Of a DNA stretch of 64,000 nucleotides, positions 18,121-27,614 are shown one piece after another. Source of the DNA: Gemmatimonadota bacterium (GTDB lineage: Bacteria; Gemmatimonadota; Gemmatimonadetes; Palauibacterales; KS3-K002); NCBI GenBank assembly GCA_020344015.1, contig CP070812.1, positions 2,068,092 to 2,132,091 on the forward strand, written 5' to 3'. Every line of letters begins with the position of its first letter. The first letter of the stretch is position 1. The notes below the pieces were generated by a model that saw nothing but the letters and a program-made list of their open reading frames with translations, searched no databases and had not been told where the DNA came from. The translations under genes were made by a program, and so were the position numbers.

Positions 18121-18459
18121 ATGGCAAGTCTAGAGGACATCTCTCGGAAACGTAAAGCGGCGCACAAGAAGCTTCTCGACCTCGACTCGAAGGTCTATCG
18201 CGCGTTTCTGGATATGGAGCGGGCGGCGTTCGCGGACGGCGCCCTGCCGAAGAAGACCAAGGAGCTGATCGCCGTCGGGATCTCGGTGGTAATAGACTGC
18301 GAGTCGTGCATGCAGTGGCACATCGAGCAGGCACGGGACGCGGGTGCCGGCGAGCGCGAGGTGCTCGAGGCCGTTGAGGTCGGCATGGAGATGGGTGGTG
18401 GCCCGGCGACGGTCTCGGCCCGCTTCGCCCTCGAGGCTATCGAGGCGGCCTACAGCTGA
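18121..18459 (+). CDS. Carboxymuconolactone decarboxylase (CMD/AhpD-like) family protein
   Basis: 'KELIAVGISVVIDCESCMQWHIEQA' is the AhpD-like CxxC…H core. 112 aa. Confidence 0.7.
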   Translation: MASLEDISRKRKAAHKKLLDLDSKVYRAFLDMERAAFADGALPKKTKELIAVGISVVIDCESCMQWHIEQARDAGAGEREVLEAVEVGMEMGGGPATVSARFALEAIEAAYS

Positions 18460-18474
18460 TCAGAGAGACTATCG

Positions 18475-18942
18475 ATGAGAACCGTTCGTTTGGAGCCCCT
18501 GACGACCCCCGGCGTTGCGTGGGTGAACCTTGCCCTCGCCCTGGCACTGCACGTGCTGGACGAGGCGGTGCACGGGTTCCTGTCGTACTGGAATCCGGCC
18601 GCCCAGGCGATCCGCGAGCGGCTGTCGTTCGTGGGCCCGCCGACTTTCTCCTTCGAGGTCTGGCTGACCGGCCTGATACTCGGCGTCATCCTTCTTCTAG
18701 CGCTGTCTCCTTTGGCCTTCCGGCGCGCGCGTCCGATGAGACCTCTGGCACTCGCACTATCGGTCCTCATGGTCTTAAATGCCGGCACCCACTTCACCTG
18801 GTCGCTGGCACGGGGCGAAGCGGTGCCCGGCACCTATTCTTCGCCCGTTCTCCTTGCAGCAGCCCTGCTACTACTGGTAGCCGCGGTAAGGAATTGGAAG
18901 CCATCGAATTCGCGCCGTTCGCCGGATGCAGGCCCGGTCTGA
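18475..18942 (+). CDS. Hypothetical membrane protein
   Basis: Four TM helices. No family recognised. Confidence 0.4.
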   Translation: MRTVRLEPLTTPGVAWVNLALALALHVLDEAVHGFLSYWNPAAQAIRERLSFVGPPTFSFEVWLTGLILGVILLLALSPLAFRRARPMRPLALALSVLMVLNAGTHFTWSLARGEAVPGTYSSPVLLAAALLLLVAAVRNWKPSNSRRSPDAGPV

Positions 18943-19430
18943 TCTTCGATCTGTTGTCCGAGAGCTACGCTCCGTTGCTGGGGCAACTTCCTGACACGAA
19001 GGTCTCAGAACTGCTTCGAGACTGGCGGGAGTACGACGCGGCCGTCTTCGGCGAGCCCGACACGGTGGGTGCTAGCGGTTTTGTGACTCGCCTGGAGGAT
19101 AAGATCATCGGGTTTGCGTCGTGGAATCCGACAAACTGGCCGGCCGTCGGGGTCATAGGTCACAACTGCATAACGCCGGCACACGCCTGCAGGGGTTACG
19201 GTCGTAGGCAGATCGTGGAGATCTTGCGCCGCTTCACCGAGGCGGGCTTCGAAACGGCGAGCGTTCGGACGGACGAGCACCCCTTTTTCGAGCCGGCGCG
19301 GCGTATGTACCTGAGCTGTGGTTTCGAGGAGGTGGCCCGTTACCCTGGCGTGCTGCTCGACGAGTACGAGATGATTGAGTACGAGCGCCGCTTACATAGT
19401 CCCCTAGACGAGGAAGTCGACCATGCTTGA
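18899..19430 (+). CDS. GNAT-family N-acetyltransferase (start uncertain)
   Basis: 'GFASWNPTN…RGYGRRQIVEILRRFTEAGFETASVRTDEH…ARRMYLSCGFEEV' are acetyl-CoA-binding motifs A/B. There is no in-frame ATG, so a TTG near 18899 that overlaps the upstream gene was chosen. Confidence 0.55.
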
Positions 19431-19602
19431 CATCCAGGAACGTGATGAGGTACAGCCAATCTGTCCGCATTGTGAACGGGCACTGAGAACCGTCTGGTAC
19501 CGCCAGCTCAGGGGGATATTGGGCAGGCGCTACGTCTATTTCTGCTCAGACTGTCACAAGGTGCTGGGCATCTCGCATCGCAAGGGATTCTGGATGGGCT
19601 AG
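19423..19602 (+). CDS. Small zinc-ribbon protein (CxxC…CxxC), 59 aa
   Basis: 'MLDIQERDEVQPICPHCERALRTVWYRQLRGILGRRYVYFCSDCHKVLGISHRKGFWMG'. Two CxxC pairs. Overlaps the GNAT stop by 8 nt and ends 3 nt before the next ATG. Below the ORF-track length cutoff. Confidence 0.35.
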   Translation: MLDIQERDEVQPICPHCERALRTVWYRQLRGILGRRYVYFCSDCHKVLGISHRKGFWMG

Positions 19603-19605
19603 ACC

Positions 19606-20217
19606 ATGCGCGTCAGCAAGTGCGTTCGTTGTGAGGCATTTCCGTGCGCCGACGTAAGGCACGAGTGCTATGTCGTTCCCGGCGCAGAGGTCGAGCCCAA
19701 GAAGATCGCGATCGCGATGATTGCCGAGGCCGCTCCGGCCGATCCCGGCGACTACTACTATGCGAAGGGCAAGCCGCTATTTCAGGAGACCACGGTGCAG
19801 GCGTTCCGTGACGCCGGTGCGGATGTCTCTTCGGTTCGGGACATAGTCAAACTCGGTGTCTACCTCACAACGGCCGTGAAGTGCGGCAAGACAGTGTACG
19901 GTATCAAGGCCGGGACCGTCCAAGAGTGCTCTCTGCTGCTCGAGCAGGAGCTCGCTCTCTTCCCGAAGCTGAAAGCGATCATGTTGATGGGAGATGTGGC
20001 GATCAAGGCGATGAATTACATCGCCAAGAGGGCGGGCGCCGGTAGGGTGATCCCGGCGGGATCCACCTACAAAATCCGTGGCGGATGTTACTGTTACCGG
20101 GGAATACAAGTATACCCCTCCTACCTTCAGGCCGGCCCCAGCTTCTTCATCGAGAAGAGCAAGCGCAAGATGATCGCGGAAGACATCGGAAACGCCCTGA
20201 CGTTGTTGACGCACTAG
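19606..20217 (+). CDS. Uracil-DNA glycosylase superfamily protein (divergent, N-terminal Cys cluster)
   Basis: 'IAEAAPADPG' corresponds to UDG motif A (GEAPG). 'LTTAVKCGK' and 'VYPSYL' correspond to motif B (HPS). N-terminal 'CVRCEAFPC'. Confidence 0.55.
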   Translation: MRVSKCVRCEAFPCADVRHECYVVPGAEVEPKKIAIAMIAEAAPADPGDYYYAKGKPLFQETTVQAFRDAGADVSSVRDIVKLGVYLTTAVKCGKTVYGIKAGTVQECSLLLEQELALFPKLKAIMLMGDVAIKAMNYIAKRAGAGRVIPAGSTYKIRGGCYCYRGIQVYPSYLQAGPSFFIEKSKRKMIAEDIGNALTLLTH

Positions 20218-20229
20218 ATTAGGGTCACT

Positions 20230-20496
20230 GTGAGAAGGACAAAGGTCATTACCGTATTGGCGATCATCATGTTCGCGATCGCAGTCGGGGGCACCGTTTT
20301 CACAGTTCTCTTCACGGCGTTCTATGAGACGGCGCGGCCAAGCTACCAGCTGACGCTTGCGGGTGCAGGTTACGCGGTATCGGCCCTCGTCGCCGGCGTA
20401 GGGCTCTGGCGCGTAGCACGCTGGCGGTGGGCAGTTCTTATCGTCTGGGCCGTCTTCGCTCTCGCGCTAACGGTACTGGTAGGCGCCGGGGTATAG
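20230..20496 (+). CDS. Hypothetical small membrane protein
   Basis: 88 aa, three hydrophobic helices. Confidence 0.35.
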   Translation: MRRTKVITVLAIIMFAIAVGGTVFTVLFTAFYETARPSYQLTLAGAGYAVSALVAGVGLWRVARWRWAVLIVWAVFALALTVLVGAGV

Positions 20497-20595
20497 TGAG
20501 CATGCTGTGGCAGCGGTGCTGGCCTTAACGTCACTCCTGGGACTAAGTTTCATATAGCAGAGTCCGATTTACCCCCGCAGCCGTCGTACAGAGCG

Positions 20596-21192
20596 TTGAG
20601 CCAGGACGTCAGTACAGGTCGAGCGGAAGCCGGCCCCGCGCCGGAGCTGAGCGGCGAGGACAAGCAGAACTTGCTTCGCCTCGCACGGCAGACCCTCGAC
20701 GAATACCTCGGTATAGGTAAGCTGCCCGAGATCCACACCGATTCGCCTGCGTTGCTTGAGCGGCGCGCGGCTTTCGTGACGCTCTGGAGTCGAGGTTCTG
20801 GCGAGCTGCGTGGCTGCCGCGGCGAAGCGTACCCGCGCGTGTCGCTGATCGAGTCGGTGGTGCAGATGGCGATTGCCGCGGCGACGGACGACCCTCGTTT
20901 CCCTCCAGTCACCGCCGAAGAGGTTCCGCACCTACGAATCGAGATCAACGCCCTCACACCGATGGAACCGATCCGCCCGGATGAGGTCGTGGTGGGCCGC
21001 CACGGTCTGAGAATCGTATGCGGCGGCGCCACCGGACTGCTGCTTCCGGAGGTACCGGTACGGTACGGTTGGGACCGCGCAGAATTCCTGCGCTGGGTGT
21101 GCAAGAAAGCGGGACTGGCACCCGATGCGTGGCAGGGTGAGGACGTCCAGCTGTACTGCTTCGAGAGTGAGGCGTGGGGCGAGGAAGAATAG
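20596..21192 (+). CDS. AMMECR1-domain protein (AmmeMemoRadiSam system protein A-like)
   Basis: 'AAFVTLWSRGSGELRGCRGEAYP' matches the AMMECR1 LRGCIG core. 198-aa length and the C-terminal 'GLLLPEVP' match. Confidence 0.75.
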   Translation: MSQDVSTGRAEAGPAPELSGEDKQNLLRLARQTLDEYLGIGKLPEIHTDSPALLERRAAFVTLWSRGSGELRGCRGEAYPRVSLIESVVQMAIAAATDDPRFPPVTAEEVPHLRIEINALTPMEPIRPDEVVVGRHGLRIVCGGATGLLLPEVPVRYGWDRAEFLRWVCKKAGLAPDAWQGEDVQLYCFESEAWGEEE

Positions 21193-21227
21193 CGGTACCC
21201 GGCGCCGCAGGTCCGGAGAACACCAAG

Positions 21228-21542
21228 ATGCAATACAGAATCGACTTCGAGTCCGCCCCGTGGGATACTCCTATGCCGGGGCTCCGCCACAAGGTTGTCG
21301 AGCACGGAGGAAGGCGGTTACGCCTGGTCGAGTACACGGATGAGATGGAGCCACACTGGTGTGAGAAAGGGCACATCGGCTTCGTCCTGCAGGGGCGGTT
21401 CGAGATCGGGTTCGCCGATAGGACGTACGTGTTTGGGCCCGGCGAGGGGGTGTTCATCCCGTCGGGCAAAGAGCACAGACACATGGGGCGTGTTTTGGCG
21501 AGTCCAGTGCGCGCGCTGTTCGTTGAGGACGCAGACGAGTGA
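21228..21542 (+). CDS. Cupin-domain protein
   Basis: 'EPHWCEKGHIGFVLQGRFEI…GEGVFIPSGKEHRH' two-motif cupin signature. Confidence 0.6.
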   Translation: MQYRIDFESAPWDTPMPGLRHKVVEHGGRRLRLVEYTDEMEPHWCEKGHIGFVLQGRFEIGFADRTYVFGPGEGVFIPSGKEHRHMGRVLASPVRALFVEDADE

Positions 21543-21602
21543 AGCAGCCGCGGCTGCTTGGGTCGAACAACTCGAGGAAGTGACCGCGCGGAGGATTCGC
21601 CG

Positions 21603-22271
21603 ATGGGCTTCGAACTCGATCACGTTTTCGTCGCGACCGCGCCGGGCGGCTCGGAGATCGCGGCCCTGGTGTCGAGAGGTTTCGCCGAAGGCCGGACGAA
21701 TACACACCCCGGCCAGGGGACGGCCAGCCGGGGGATCTTCTTCGAGAACGCGTACCTCGAGTTCATCTGGCTCGTCGACCCGGCGGAGGCGGCGTCGGGG
21801 GCCATCCGGCGAACAGGTCTGCGAGAGCGAACCGATCCGGGGCACCCGGCGAGTCCGTTCGGCGTCGGGATGCGGTCGCCGGGTGCTGCGGTGGACCTTC
21901 CGCCGGGGGCGGACCTTCCGTTCGGGACCTGGGATTACGCTCCGCCGTACCTGCAGAGCGGTGTCGTCATCCCGGTAGGCCTGAACTCCGAGCGTCTCGA
22001 CGAGCCCTTCCTGTTCTTTCTTCCCTGGAGCCGCGGGCCCGCGTGGGATATCCCTGAACATCCAAACGGCACGCGGGCGATCACGGGTGTCTCGCTCGTC
22101 ATTCCTGAGGCGGGGGGGTCGTCATCGCCGGAGCTCGATGCGTTCTCGGGGCTCGAGGTCGCAGCGGTCGAGCGAGGAGCCGAGCCGCTGATGCAGATCG
22201 AGTTGGACGGAGGTGCGAGGGGTGACTGCGTCGATCTCCGTCCTGCCGTGCCGCTTCTCGTCCGCTGGTAG
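21603..22271 (+). CDS. Glyoxalase-like (VOC superfamily) domain protein
   Basis: 'ELDHVFVATAPGGSE' N-terminus and the overall beta-alpha-beta3 pattern. 222 aa. Confidence 0.5.
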   Translation: MGFELDHVFVATAPGGSEIAALVSRGFAEGRTNTHPGQGTASRGIFFENAYLEFIWLVDPAEAASGAIRRTGLRERTDPGHPASPFGVGMRSPGAAVDLPPGADLPFGTWDYAPPYLQSGVVIPVGLNSERLDEPFLFFLPWSRGPAWDIPEHPNGTRAITGVSLVIPEAGGSSSPELDAFSGLEVAAVERGAEPLMQIELDGGARGDCVDLRPAVPLLVRW

Positions 22272-22417
22272 AGTCAGCGAGCAGGCTTGCTGGCCCGAGG
22301 CGCAGGTCTCATCTATAGAGTATTAGAAAAGCCGCCCACGCCGAGCCCGTGCTTCAGGAGTGGCGGTGCCGGTAGGCATCGAGGTACCGAGCACGGGCGC
22401 CGCCACGAGGAGGAGCG

Positions 22418-22831
22418 ATGGCCAGCAAAGTCCGCCGAGTCAGCTACTTCCACACCGCGGTCCAGGACCGACCCGGTGAGGCGTACAAGCTATTGTCCCA
22501 GTTGGCGGAGTTCGGCATCAACCTGCATGCAGTGACCGCCATACCCATGGGTCCTCTGCGGACGCAGCTGACGCTGTTCCCGGAAGACGTATCGAAGATG
22601 GAGAGTGAGGGAAAGAAGGCGGGGCTCAGCCTCGATGGACCATACCCCGCCTTGCTCATCCAGGGCGATGACGAGCCGGGTGCCCTGGTGGGCGTCCACG
22701 AGCGGCTCTTCCAGGCGAACGTCAATGTGGCTGCCGCCACGGGTGTGGCGGATGGCGGAGGGCACTACGGTTACGTCCTCTATTTCAGGCCTGAGGACTT
22801 CGAGAAAGCGGCTGCGGCTCTCGAGGTGTGA
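22418..22831 (+). CDS. Hypothetical protein (possible tandem ACT-like fold)
   Basis: 137-aa ORF. 'GAGGAGGAG' RBS. Two repeated beta-alpha-beta-beta-alpha-beta-like halves. Confidence 0.45.
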   Translation: MASKVRRVSYFHTAVQDRPGEAYKLLSQLAEFGINLHAVTAIPMGPLRTQLTLFPEDVSKMESEGKKAGLSLDGPYPALLIQGDDEPGALVGVHERLFQANVNVAAATGVADGGGHYGYVLYFRPEDFEKAAAALEV

Positions 22832-22837
22832 GTCAGT

Positions 22838-23305
22838 ATGGGAAGATTCGTGCTGGGTTTCGTGCTGGGCGTAGTCGCCGGGGTCGTGCTGACGGTGGTG
22901 TTCTTCGTGGCGGTGGCGACCCAGGATGGGCTGTCCCTGGTATCGACGATCTACGCACCGGAAGAGGTCCAAGTCGGTGAGCCGTTCGCGTTGCGGATCG
23001 TCGCGTACAACCCTCACCCGGAAGAAGTACAGCTGCACAGTATCGACATAGACGAGTCGTTCATCGGTGCGTTCGAGGTGCTGGCGATAGAGCCGCGACC
23101 GACCGATTCGACGCGCGTCCCGTTCCTGGACCAGAAGAGCTGGTTCTTCGAGCGCGATGTAGGACCGGGTGACAGCCTGGAGGTCACCTTCACGCTGAGT
23201 CCGCTGCAGGTAGGAGTGCCGGTGGGAAACGTCGAGATCTGCAACACCGCGGTGGACTGCACGCCGCAGAGCCCTAGGCTCGAGGTCATCGGCAGATCGC
23301 CATAG
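22838..23305 (+). CDS. Hypothetical secreted/membrane-anchored protein
   Basis: N-terminal TM helix followed by a beta-rich domain. Confidence 0.45.
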   Translation: MGRFVLGFVLGVVAGVVLTVVFFVAVATQDGLSLVSTIYAPEEVQVGEPFALRIVAYNPHPEEVQLHSIDIDESFIGAFEVLAIEPRPTDSTRVPFLDQKSWFFERDVGPGDSLEVTFTLSPLQVGVPVGNVEICNTAVDCTPQSPRLEVIGRSP

Positions 23306-23341
23306 CTGCGGCCATGTAACCAGAACACAAGAGAGGACGGC

Positions 23342-23542
23342 ATGAGCGACAGCCCCAACCCGAAGACATGCCTCGCCTGCAAGAGGGGGGCCGACGTGAC
23401 ACCGCTGATCCCTTTAGAGTACCGAGACTCTACGATCTGGATCTGCCCGCAACATCTGCCCGTGCTGATCCACGATCCGGCACAGTTGATCGGTATACTA
23501 CCCGGCGCTGAGGGTCTGAGCCCGGCGGACCACAAGGACTGA
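23342..23542 (+). CDS. Hypothetical small Cys-containing protein
   Basis: 66 aa with 'CLACKRG…ICPQH'. 'AGAGGA' RBS. Confidence 0.35.
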   Translation: MSDSPNPKTCLACKRGADVTPLIPLEYRDSTIWICPQHLPVLIHDPAQLIGILPGAEGLSPADHKD

Positions 23543-23633
23543 GGCGAATCAGTGTATCCGCTAGTCTCGTCTGCGGCAGCGCGGTATGTTGAAGCAACCC
23601 TATCCTGCGATGAAATGTGATAGGAGGTGCGCT

Positions 23634-24233
23634 GTGAGACTGAACGCTCCCCTCAGGATCGCGCCGACCGTGGCGCTGCTGGTGTTCCTCCTTGCCCCGC
23701 CAGGACTGTTCGCCCAGAGCGCGCGGTTCGAGCAGTTCGCCGAGACCAAGCCGACGGCAGGTGAGATCGCTCCCGACTTCACGCTGGAGACTTTGGACGG
23801 CGAAGGTTTCACTCTCAGTGAGGTCTACGCCGAGCAACCCGTCGTAATCGAGTTCGGCTCGTACACTTGACCCCCATTCCGTCGGCGGTCCGCCGACGTC
23901 GAGAAGATACGTGAGGAGTTCGAGAGCCAAGTCAAGTTCATTATCCTCTATCAACGTGAAGCGCACGCCGGCCAGATGATGTTCAGCGAGATCGAGCAGC
24001 CCGAGACGTACGAGCAACGCAAGGCACTGGCCGAGAAGACGTGCGATGAGCTTCATATCGCGACGACCGTCGTGATCGACGACATGGAGAACACGGTTCG
24101 CGAGGCTTACGGTGGATTGCCGAACAGCGCGTACATCATCGACAGGGGAGGGGTGATCGTTCACAAGGAGGCCTGGGCGCGACCGACTGAGTGGCCGGAC
24201 GTGCTTCGCGGTCTAGTGGAGGAAGAGAGCTAG
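23634..24233 (+). CDS. Iodothyronine-deiodinase-like thioredoxin-fold selenoprotein (in-frame UGA = Sec at 23868-23870), secreted
   Basis: 'AGGAGG' RBS 5 nt before the GTG at 23634. Signal peptide (…LFAQS). 'PVVIEFGSYT-U-PPF…FIILYQREAH' matches the deiodinase 'PLVLNFGSCTUPPF…FLIIYIEEAH' motifs. The two ORF-track pieces (23586-23870 and 23976-24233) are in the same frame and are joined by a single TGA. SECIS-like hairpin directly downstream. Confidence 0.75.
23880..23898 (+). promoter_or_regulatory. Bacterial SECIS-like hairpin starting 10 nt 3' of the UGA
   Basis: cgtcggc-GGUCC-gccgacg. 7-bp perfect GC-rich stem with a G/U-containing apical loop, positioned like the fdhF SECIS relative to the UGA. 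Confidence 0.55.
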
Positions 24234-24256
24234 GCGGGGAGTACGGCGCGCGAGTT

Positions 24257-24298
24257 GGCCCAGCGGGAAGCTCATCTTCCGCTGGGCCATTGTTTGTC
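24257..24298 (+). terminator. Intrinsic terminator after the selenoprotein gene
   Basis: ggcccagcggga…cccgctgggcc 12-bp stem (one G.U) with an 8-nt loop, followed by ATTGTTTGT. Confidence 0.5.
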
Positions 24299-24369
24299 GG
24301 CCCCACCCCCACCACCCTTCATAACCGCTGTGGCCGAACACTAGCCTACCTATTATAGGAGGTTCCGTC

Positions 24370-25209
24370 GTGTCGAAGACCGTGGCAGGACTTGTCGCGG
24401 CGATCCTCGCCGGATGGGGAGGGGCGTGGGCGCAAACGCCGGGTGCCTATCTCGGCGAGCTCAGCTGGCCGGAGGCAGAAGCGCGGCTGCGCGCGGCGCC
24501 GCTGGTCATCCTGCCGTTCGGTGCTGGCGCGAAAGAACACGGCCCGCACCTGCCAATGAACGCGGATCAAAAGGTCATGGAGTACCTGTGCCGGCAGGCG
24601 GTGGACTCGCTGCCGGTGCTGGTGGCGCCGCCGATCCTGCATGGCTGGTTCCCGGCTTTTCGTGACTATCCAGGCACTGAAGTGAGTGACCCCGAGGTTT
24701 TCTCGCAGTATGTGTTAGAGGTGGCCCGCTCGTTGGTCGAGCACGGCGCCCAACGCATCGTCTTTCTCAATACCGGCATCAGGAACGCTACAGGCCTGCC
24801 GATCGCCATCGCGGCGCGGGAGATCCGGGTTACCACCGGCACACCGGCGCTGGTGATCTCATGGGATGATCTCGAGACACCGGAGATCGATGCATTGCAG
24901 GAACAGATGGTAGGCGGCCACGCGGGCGAGATCGAGACGTCCATCAACCTGTTCCTGCAGCCGGAGCTGGTAAGCGACGACCTTCCGCCGGCCGACTACG
25001 GGGAGGGTCGAGCGAAGGATTATCCCGGCTACCAGCCCGGGCTCTTCTCGCGCGACCGCGACGATCCGGCGTACTCCGAGACGGGCTACTTCGGCGATCC
25101 GAGCCTGGCGAGCGCGGAGAAAGGCGAGTCAGCGTTGGCGATCCTGACGCGCCAGTGGCTGGCGGCGCTAAGAGGGTTCTCGACGGCGCCACTCGGCGCC
25201 CAGCCGTAA
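24370..25209 (+). CDS. Creatininase-family (creatinine amidohydrolase-like) protein
   Basis: 'LPFGAGAKEHGPHLPMNADQ…GGHAGEIETS' creatininase metal-binding motifs. GTG start with 'AGGAGG' RBS. Confidence 0.75.
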   Translation: MSKTVAGLVAAILAGWGGAWAQTPGAYLGELSWPEAEARLRAAPLVILPFGAGAKEHGPHLPMNADQKVMEYLCRQAVDSLPVLVAPPILHGWFPAFRDYPGTEVSDPEVFSQYVLEVARSLVEHGAQRIVFLNTGIRNATGLPIAIAAREIRVTTGTPALVISWDDLETPEIDALQEQMVGGHAGEIETSINLFLQPELVSDDLPPADYGEGRAKDYPGYQPGLFSRDRDDPAYSETGYFGDPSLASAEKGESALAILTRQWLAALRGFSTAPLGAQP

Positions 25210-25260
25210 ACCTGGCATGGAGAAGAGTCGATGATCTGGCAAGCTCAGGGGAGGTGCTCT

Positions 25261-26589
<1,329 letters not shown>

Positions 26590-26607
26590 CTCGAGCGGAG
26601 TGAACAT

Positions 26608-27588
26608 ATGAGGACATTGGCGATCTTGATCTTAGGGCTAGCTGTCGCGCCGGCGATCTCTTCGGCGCAGGATTACATCTCGGCGGAGGGCAAGTTGAAA
26701 GTCGCACTGGTGAAGATGCCGTACTCCGGCTCGCGCAACGTCCCCGAGCTGTCGGGCGTGCCGGACTACCTGGCTGAAGGCGGTATCGAGGCCCGGCTGG
26801 CAGGACTGAACGTCGAGCTCAAGCCGATGAATACCGTGGAGCTTACGCCGGACGAGCGGCGCGAGTACGGCGAGTGGCACCGGTTGGGGCTGGCCAACGG
26901 ACACCTGGCCGAGATCGTCGCGGCCGACCGGCGCGACGGTTATCTACCGGTGGGCCTCTTGGCCAACTGCAACGCGCTGATGGGGATGCTGGGTGGGTTA
27001 CAGCACTCGGGCCCATCGAGCCGTCCGCTCAAGGTAGGGCTCTTATGGATCGACGCCCACGGTGACTTCAATACGCCCGAGACGACTCTGAGCGGTATGC
27101 TCGGCGGCATGCCGGTGGCCGTGTCCGCCGGTCTGGCGCTGACCAACCTACGGCTCAAGTCGGGGCTCGATCCTGCGTTGCCGACCCGCTACATCGTCAT
27201 GGCCGCGGTGCGGGACACCGACCCGCTGGAGCAGGAGCTAATCGACCGCTCCGACATCGAGCACATCACGGTCGAGGATATCCGGACGCTGTCGGAGAAC
27301 ATCGGTCATCAGATGGAGCGGTTGTCGCGGCTGACCGACGTGATCTACGTGCACATCGACATGGATGTGCTGGATCCGCGTGAGGTAGAGGGCCACTCGC
27401 TGACCGTCGCCGACGGACCAACCAGCGTGGAGCTGGCTGCGGAGTTGGCCGAGATGTTCCGCTACGAGAAGGTCGCGGCCCTCGGGATCGCCTCGACGCC
27501 GGCGGGGGAACGGGATCCGGATGGCCTTTCGCGAGAGGCTGCGTACCGGTTGATCGAGGGGGCGCTGGAGGGGGTCAAGCGTCGCTAA
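26608..27588 (+). CDS. Arginase/agmatinase/formiminoglutamase-family ureohydrolase, secreted
   Basis: 'LLWIDAHGDFNTPETTLSG…GGMPVA' and 'YVHIDMDVLDP' are Mn-binding arginase-fold motifs. Signal peptide. Confidence 0.75.
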   Translation: MRTLAILILGLAVAPAISSAQDYISAEGKLKVALVKMPYSGSRNVPELSGVPDYLAEGGIEARLAGLNVELKPMNTVELTPDERREYGEWHRLGLANGHLAEIVAADRRDGYLPVGLLANCNALMGMLGGLQHSGPSSRPLKVGLLWIDAHGDFNTPETTLSGMLGGMPVAVSAGLALTNLRLKSGLDPALPTRYIVMAAVRDTDPLEQELIDRSDIEHITVEDIRTLSENIGHQMERLSRLTDVIYVHIDMDVLDPREVEGHSLTVADGPTSVELAAELAEMFRYEKVAALGIASTPAGERDPDGLSREAAYRLIEGALEGVKRR

Positions 27589-27614
27589 CGCCGTTCGATG
27601 GGAGAGGGCCAAAG

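Noticed and set aside
21295-21978. 227-aa Arg/Ser-rich ORF on the + strand
   Set aside because: Alternative frame overlapping the cupin and glyoxalase-like genes. Extreme Arg content (R-rich 'RRRRRGPSG') is a high-GC artefact.
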